From the NCBI GenBank assembly GCA_964019425.1, contig OZ025785.1, forward strand, positions 868,001 to 932,000: a stretch of 64,000 bases of DNA, read 5' to 3'. Positions 61,121-64,000 of this stretch are shown in pieces. Numbering within the stretch: position 1 is the stretch's first letter; every line of letters begins with the position of its first letter. Made by a program: the position numbers and the translations under genes. The notes beneath the pieces are model-generated. The model searched no databases. It was not told the origin of the DNA and saw nothing but the letters and a program-made list of their open reading frames with translations. Source of the stretch: Flectonema sp. DT1601. Taxonomy: Eukaryota.

Positions 61121-63555
61121 TTTTTTAATTTTTTAATTTTTTATTATATTTCGTTGGTCTCGTGTTTGTGTGTGTGTGTTGTGTGTTGTTTTTTTATCGT
61201 CCTCCGTGGTGGACTCCTGGGTTAAAATGATACAATAAAAAGTGATCGAATCCACTGACAAACTTCTCTCTGCCTAATTTTACAAAATAATATTAAGGAC
61301 ACTGTGAACAACGATGCTCAACTGTAGTCTTTTTTTATTGATTCCCTTCTTCTATTTCTCTCATCATCAGTATGGTGTAATAGTCAGTCACTGAAAAAAA
61401 AAAAAGTGTATTTTTAAAAATTGAATTGAAGAAAAGCGAAAAAAGTAAATTTATACATGCATAAATAGAAATTTTTTTTCCTGCAAAATTTCGGAAAAGA
61501 AGGGAGAAGAAAAAATGTGAACGCATTTAACCTCTCACAGGGAGAGGTCGTACTCACAAGCTAGTTGAGGAAAAAAAAAGCTTAATGCAAGAGAATTGGA
61601 TTGGGGATGGTAAGAGAGAGGCGGAAGGAAATCAAAATGTCATACAAGCCGGCCCTTGGAAGTTAACAGGCTCAACTTGAATCTGAGTTCACTCAAAAAG
61701 AAAATTAAACAATCGGATGAAGATGCAGGTCGAGATACATACAAATTGTGATATACGCCAACCAAAAAGAACCCTAATTGTTTAAGGAAATCAAGCGTTG
61801 TAGGATTTACTATTCGTTCTGTAAGAACCCCTCAGTTTTCCCTTTAAAATAATGTGTAGGATATAAGTCAAGAAGACGATGACGAAAAAAAAAAAGAAAA
61901 AAATTAAATAGATGAAAAAGAAAAATACACACACGTTTAACCCGTTTAATTTTTTTTGTTAGCAAAATACAAACTGATGACTACGAGGGGTCTGGGTAGC
62001 CCGCATCAGTAATGAACCAATCAATGATAAGGTCGCACTACGTCGCAACGGTAATTTGAAAAAAAAAAAAAAAAAGTAAAAAATATTAATCACTCGACAA
62101 TCCGATGCGGGAAAACCCCACATTAGATAATTTGTGAATTTTTTTAACATACGAGAGGAAGAAACTTTTTTTTTTTTTCATGGACAGCTGCTACATCGTT
62201 CCGATGGACAAAATAATGCCAAGTCGAGCGGTGTGCATACTTGCCAGTCTTGTATTTAATAAAAAACATATATAAAATAAAACAAAATAAAACTCTCTTG
62301 CAATGATGTAAAAAATGATACTCACCCCGGTATCTCGCACCGATTGTTGCCAATGCATAGCGCAAGCTCGCTGCGACAGAAATGAATACACGAAAGAAAA
62401 AAAAAAGGGGGGAAAAAAAAAGAAAACTAATGCAGGAAACGTGTGTGATTTTTATTTTGTAGTTTGTATGGGGGAAAACTTATTTGAGGAAGGGAGAGGT
62501 TAAAATAGAACTGAAGAAGAAGGAAAAGAATCTCAAAAAATATTGAGAACAATGACCTACCAAAAGGAAGACTGCAGAATGATCATAAGCAGATCGATAC
62601 TTAGCAAAGCCTTCCTTCAAAGATATAACTCAGAAGGAAATAATAAAATAAAAAAAAATAAAACGGAAGTCACTTTGTTTCCTACCTCAAAAATAGTAGG
62701 ACTCCTCCTCGTCTCATAATCTGCAGATAAAGTGAACAAAAAAAAAAAACGGATCTCAAATTAGGATCGTAGTTGACACAGATACTCTATTTGTGCTCTC
62801 ATAAAAAGAGATAAACGAGTGGGGGAAATTAAGTATCTTTTTTTTTTTCACATACATAAGCTTGGTAAAGAGTCAGTTTTTTTTTTTTTTTTTTTTGTCT
62901 TTTTTTGCTGTTTCTCTTCTTTGATGATGCACATGCTATAATAGCCACATGCTACCCAAAAGAATAGAAATGGAAGGTAAAAATTTGATACCTTTTTTTT
63001 TTTTTTTTTTTTTTGGAAGGGAAAACCAATACATTTGAATAAGAACAAGTCCAAAAAAAAAAAAATAACAAAAAAAAAAACACATTATTAACAATTCTCT
63101 CAAATTTCTATGATGCGCAATGGCTGCCAAGAAGTAGTACACTACAGTAGGGAGGAAGGGGATGTGACCCCGACCGCTTTCAGAAACCGTATACAATGTG
63201 ATGGTCAGCTTACAGGAACAGTTATGTGGAAATCAATAACTAAAAAATACTCCAACAAACCCCCAAAACGAAAGCACTAAATTTCTTCTGGCAGACCATT
63301 GCAGTATCCAATGCTGAAATTCAAAAGAGAATCTAAAGATTTTTTCTTTTTTTTTTTTTTTTTTGTTGGTTGGCAGGAGGGAATAGAGAAAAACAAAACA
63401 AAAAAAAGAAATAAAGGCATATTGCGATCGAACAATCAAAACAAATTAACCTCAGTAAAGTACGGGAGCGGGAAAAAAAAAAGAAAGAGAAATAAAACGC
63501 GCTACTAATCAGACGAGCAGATTTCGTGCAAATAATAACACATGTCCATTTCAGA

Positions 63556-64000
63556 TTAAAAAGAGGTACATGCAGTACGTGTACATTGCGACAACCCTCC
63601 TAATCTCACAATTGAACTAACCAAATGCAATGAGAAATACCAACAAATATCCTTGGCAGGCATCGACGTTGGAAGTGACATAATTGTGTTGCGAGCGATG
63701 TCTGGTTTTGCGTTAGGTCCTGTTAGACGGAAGTGGGCAGCTGTAAAAGGACCAGTTAGCATTTTAAAAGCCAAGGCTGGGTCTGAAAACCATAAAGCAG
63801 CAGACACCCTACACCCAATAGCTTCAGCAAGAGAATCAGAGTATGGAATCCAGTTGACGAGAGTCTTAAGTCTTCCATCAAAGTCTCTTTGTTGGATGTC
63901 ATTAGCAACAGCGATGTCTTTCATCATTAATTCTTCTGAAGGTAATTCTAACTCTCCACTAATAACCTTAGCAAGACATCTTGCTTGAACCTCTGCAATT
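63556..64000 (-). CDS. Flavin-containing monooxygenase, C-terminal part (runs off window end)
   Basis: IAEVQARCLAKVISGELELPSEELM, YSDSLAEAIGC and GPFTAAHFRLTGP match FMO C-terminal motifs. Confidence 0.8.
   Translation of the reverse strand, partial: IAEVQARCLAKVISGELELPSEELMMKDIAVANDIQQRDFDGRLKTLVNWIPYSDSLAEAIGCRVSAALWFSDPALAFKMLTGPFTAAHFRLTGPNAKPDIARNTIMSLPTSMPAKDICWYFSLHLVSSIVRLGGLSQCTRTACTSF

Overview
AT-rich eukaryotic genomic DNA with many homopolymer runs. Every credible protein-coding gene (about 24) lies on the minus strand across all 64 kb, as in a polycistronic gene cluster. Short GT-AG introns are also common, so a diplonemid-like euglenozoan is my best guess (inference, not shown). 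Genes: eIF3b (partial), two identical NAC-alpha copies flanking a subtilisin, an NCKX exchanger, a scramblase-like protein, a receptor-type kinase with a PQQ-like ectodomain, a cytochrome b5/acyl-CoA dehydrogenase fusion, an FkbM methyltransferase, a PPR protein, a MORN protein, an ATG12-like protein, two ubiquitin-like+LRR proteins, an ankyrin protein, TM9SF, an HSL-family hydrolase, an FMO (partial) and several small spliced genes the ORF track misses. Non-genic features: an internally deleted piggyBac with TTAA ends, a ~95-nt LSU rRNA fragment, a dispersed ~85-95-nt intergenic repeat family, several strong hairpins and a three-way junction. All introns I resolved have A/C-rich acceptors ending in ACAG, with no polypyrimidine tract. 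All calls are by eye; no database searches were run.
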